From: Parvibaculaceae bacterium
Lineage (GTDB): Bacteria > Pseudomonadota > Alphaproteobacteria > Parvibaculales > Parvibaculaceae
Direction: 5' to 3'
Length of the DNA stretch: 64,000 bases
NCBI GenBank assembly: GCA_965276845.1
Contig: OZ255699.1
Span: 94,687-158,686 of the forward strand
The notes under the pieces are model-generated. The model saw nothing but the letters and a program-made list of their open reading frames with translations, was not told the origin of the DNA and did no database searches. The translations under genes and the position numbers were made by a program. Positions 63,710 through 64,000 of this stretch are shown here, piece after piece. The number at the start of each line of letters is the position of its first letter. Positions within the stretch are counted from its first letter, which is position 1.

Positions 63710-64000
63710 GGGTGTGTTCCTTCGTGATCGAGGAGCGCTGCGTTGCGCAGCAAATGTTCAGCTGTTGCGTAAATCAATAGTAGAATGAGCGTGGCAAACC
63801 CGGCGGCGGCATAGTCAAACCAGGTAAAGACGCGCGCGCTTGTGGGGAGGAGCAGCGCAAGCGTGCCGGCTAGGAGGACGCCGTTGCGCAAGACCAGGCC
63901 CCAATGGATTTTCTGGTCAGCGCTGATCCCGCCGCACCCGCACTCAAGCTCGGTTCGCCCCCGAAGAAGGTTGATAGCAATCGCCCCAGCGTAGGCCAGC
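63706..64000 (-). CDS. mauE: MauE-like membrane protein; 5' part lies beyond the window end
   Basis: The minus-strand frame is open from base 64000 (…LAYAGAIAINLLRGRTELECGCGGISADQKIHWGLVLRNGVLLAG…). The product is hydrophobic, and there is a 4-nt overlap with mauD. Confidence 0.65.
   Translation of the reverse strand, partial: LAYAGAIAINLLRGRTELECGCGGISADQKIHWGLVLRNGVLLAGTLALLLPTSARVFTWFDYAAAGFATLILLLIYATAEHLLRNAALLDHEGTHP

Noticed and set aside
1-64000. Searched for CRISPR arrays, IS/transposase/integrase genes, phage modules, toxin-antitoxin pairs, rRNA/tRNA genes, and defence-system hallmarks (large ATPases, nucleases, methyltransferases)
   Set aside because: I recognised none. Essentially all ORFs longer than 100 aa fit metabolic, transport or regulatory families. 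GC content and gene density look uniform, so there is no sign of a horizontally acquired island by eye.

Overview
This is a dense (roughly 90% coding), ~58% GC proteobacterial chromosome segment. The gene content looks alphaproteobacterial, but that is inference only. I see about 60 CDS. I did not recognise any rRNA, tRNA, CRISPR array, transposase, integrase or phage gene.

Left to right:
- fadH (5' truncated), a KefB-like CPA2 antiporter, an Ntn (penicillin/AHL-type) acylase and bluB.
- A cobalamin riboswitch (6497-6667) heading a translationally coupled nine-gene B12 uptake and late-assembly operon (btuB-btuF-cbiB-cobD-cobO-btuC-btuD-cobQ). It converges on cobU-cobS-cobC-cobT.
- A split Fe3+ ABC transporter and an MFS transporter.
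- An orphan RND/MMPL-type exporter followed by three tightly coupled unknown genes, two of them exported or lipoproteins.
- TerB, TetR regulators, and a catabolic-looking operon (FAD monooxygenase, SDR, membrane protein, signal-peptide FAH).
- An alpha/beta hydrolase, an acyl-CoA ligase and a soluble hybrid histidine kinase.
- A Rieske::ThDP (PoxB-like) fusion enzyme.
- A neutral-lipid cluster: MGL-like lipase, patatin lipase, gpsA, WS/DGAT, PlsB-like GPAT and a HAD::PlsC fusion.
- nhaA and an sbtA/sbtB-like pair.
- rpoE-chrR with two back-to-back sigma-E-type promoters and singlet-oxygen regulon genes, including a photolyase-led operon.
- The distal part of a methylamine/amine dehydrogenase (mau) cluster, which runs off the right edge.

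The best candidates for undescribed biology are:
1. The RND exporter plus its lipoprotein trio (23648-27644).
2. The Rieske::PoxB-like fusion (39522-41510).
3. The self-contained TAG/wax-ester synthesis and lipolysis cluster, whose HAD::PlsC fusion is a candidate for the missing phosphatidate phosphatase (41598-50892).

All functional calls rest on motif and family recognition by eye. No database search was run.
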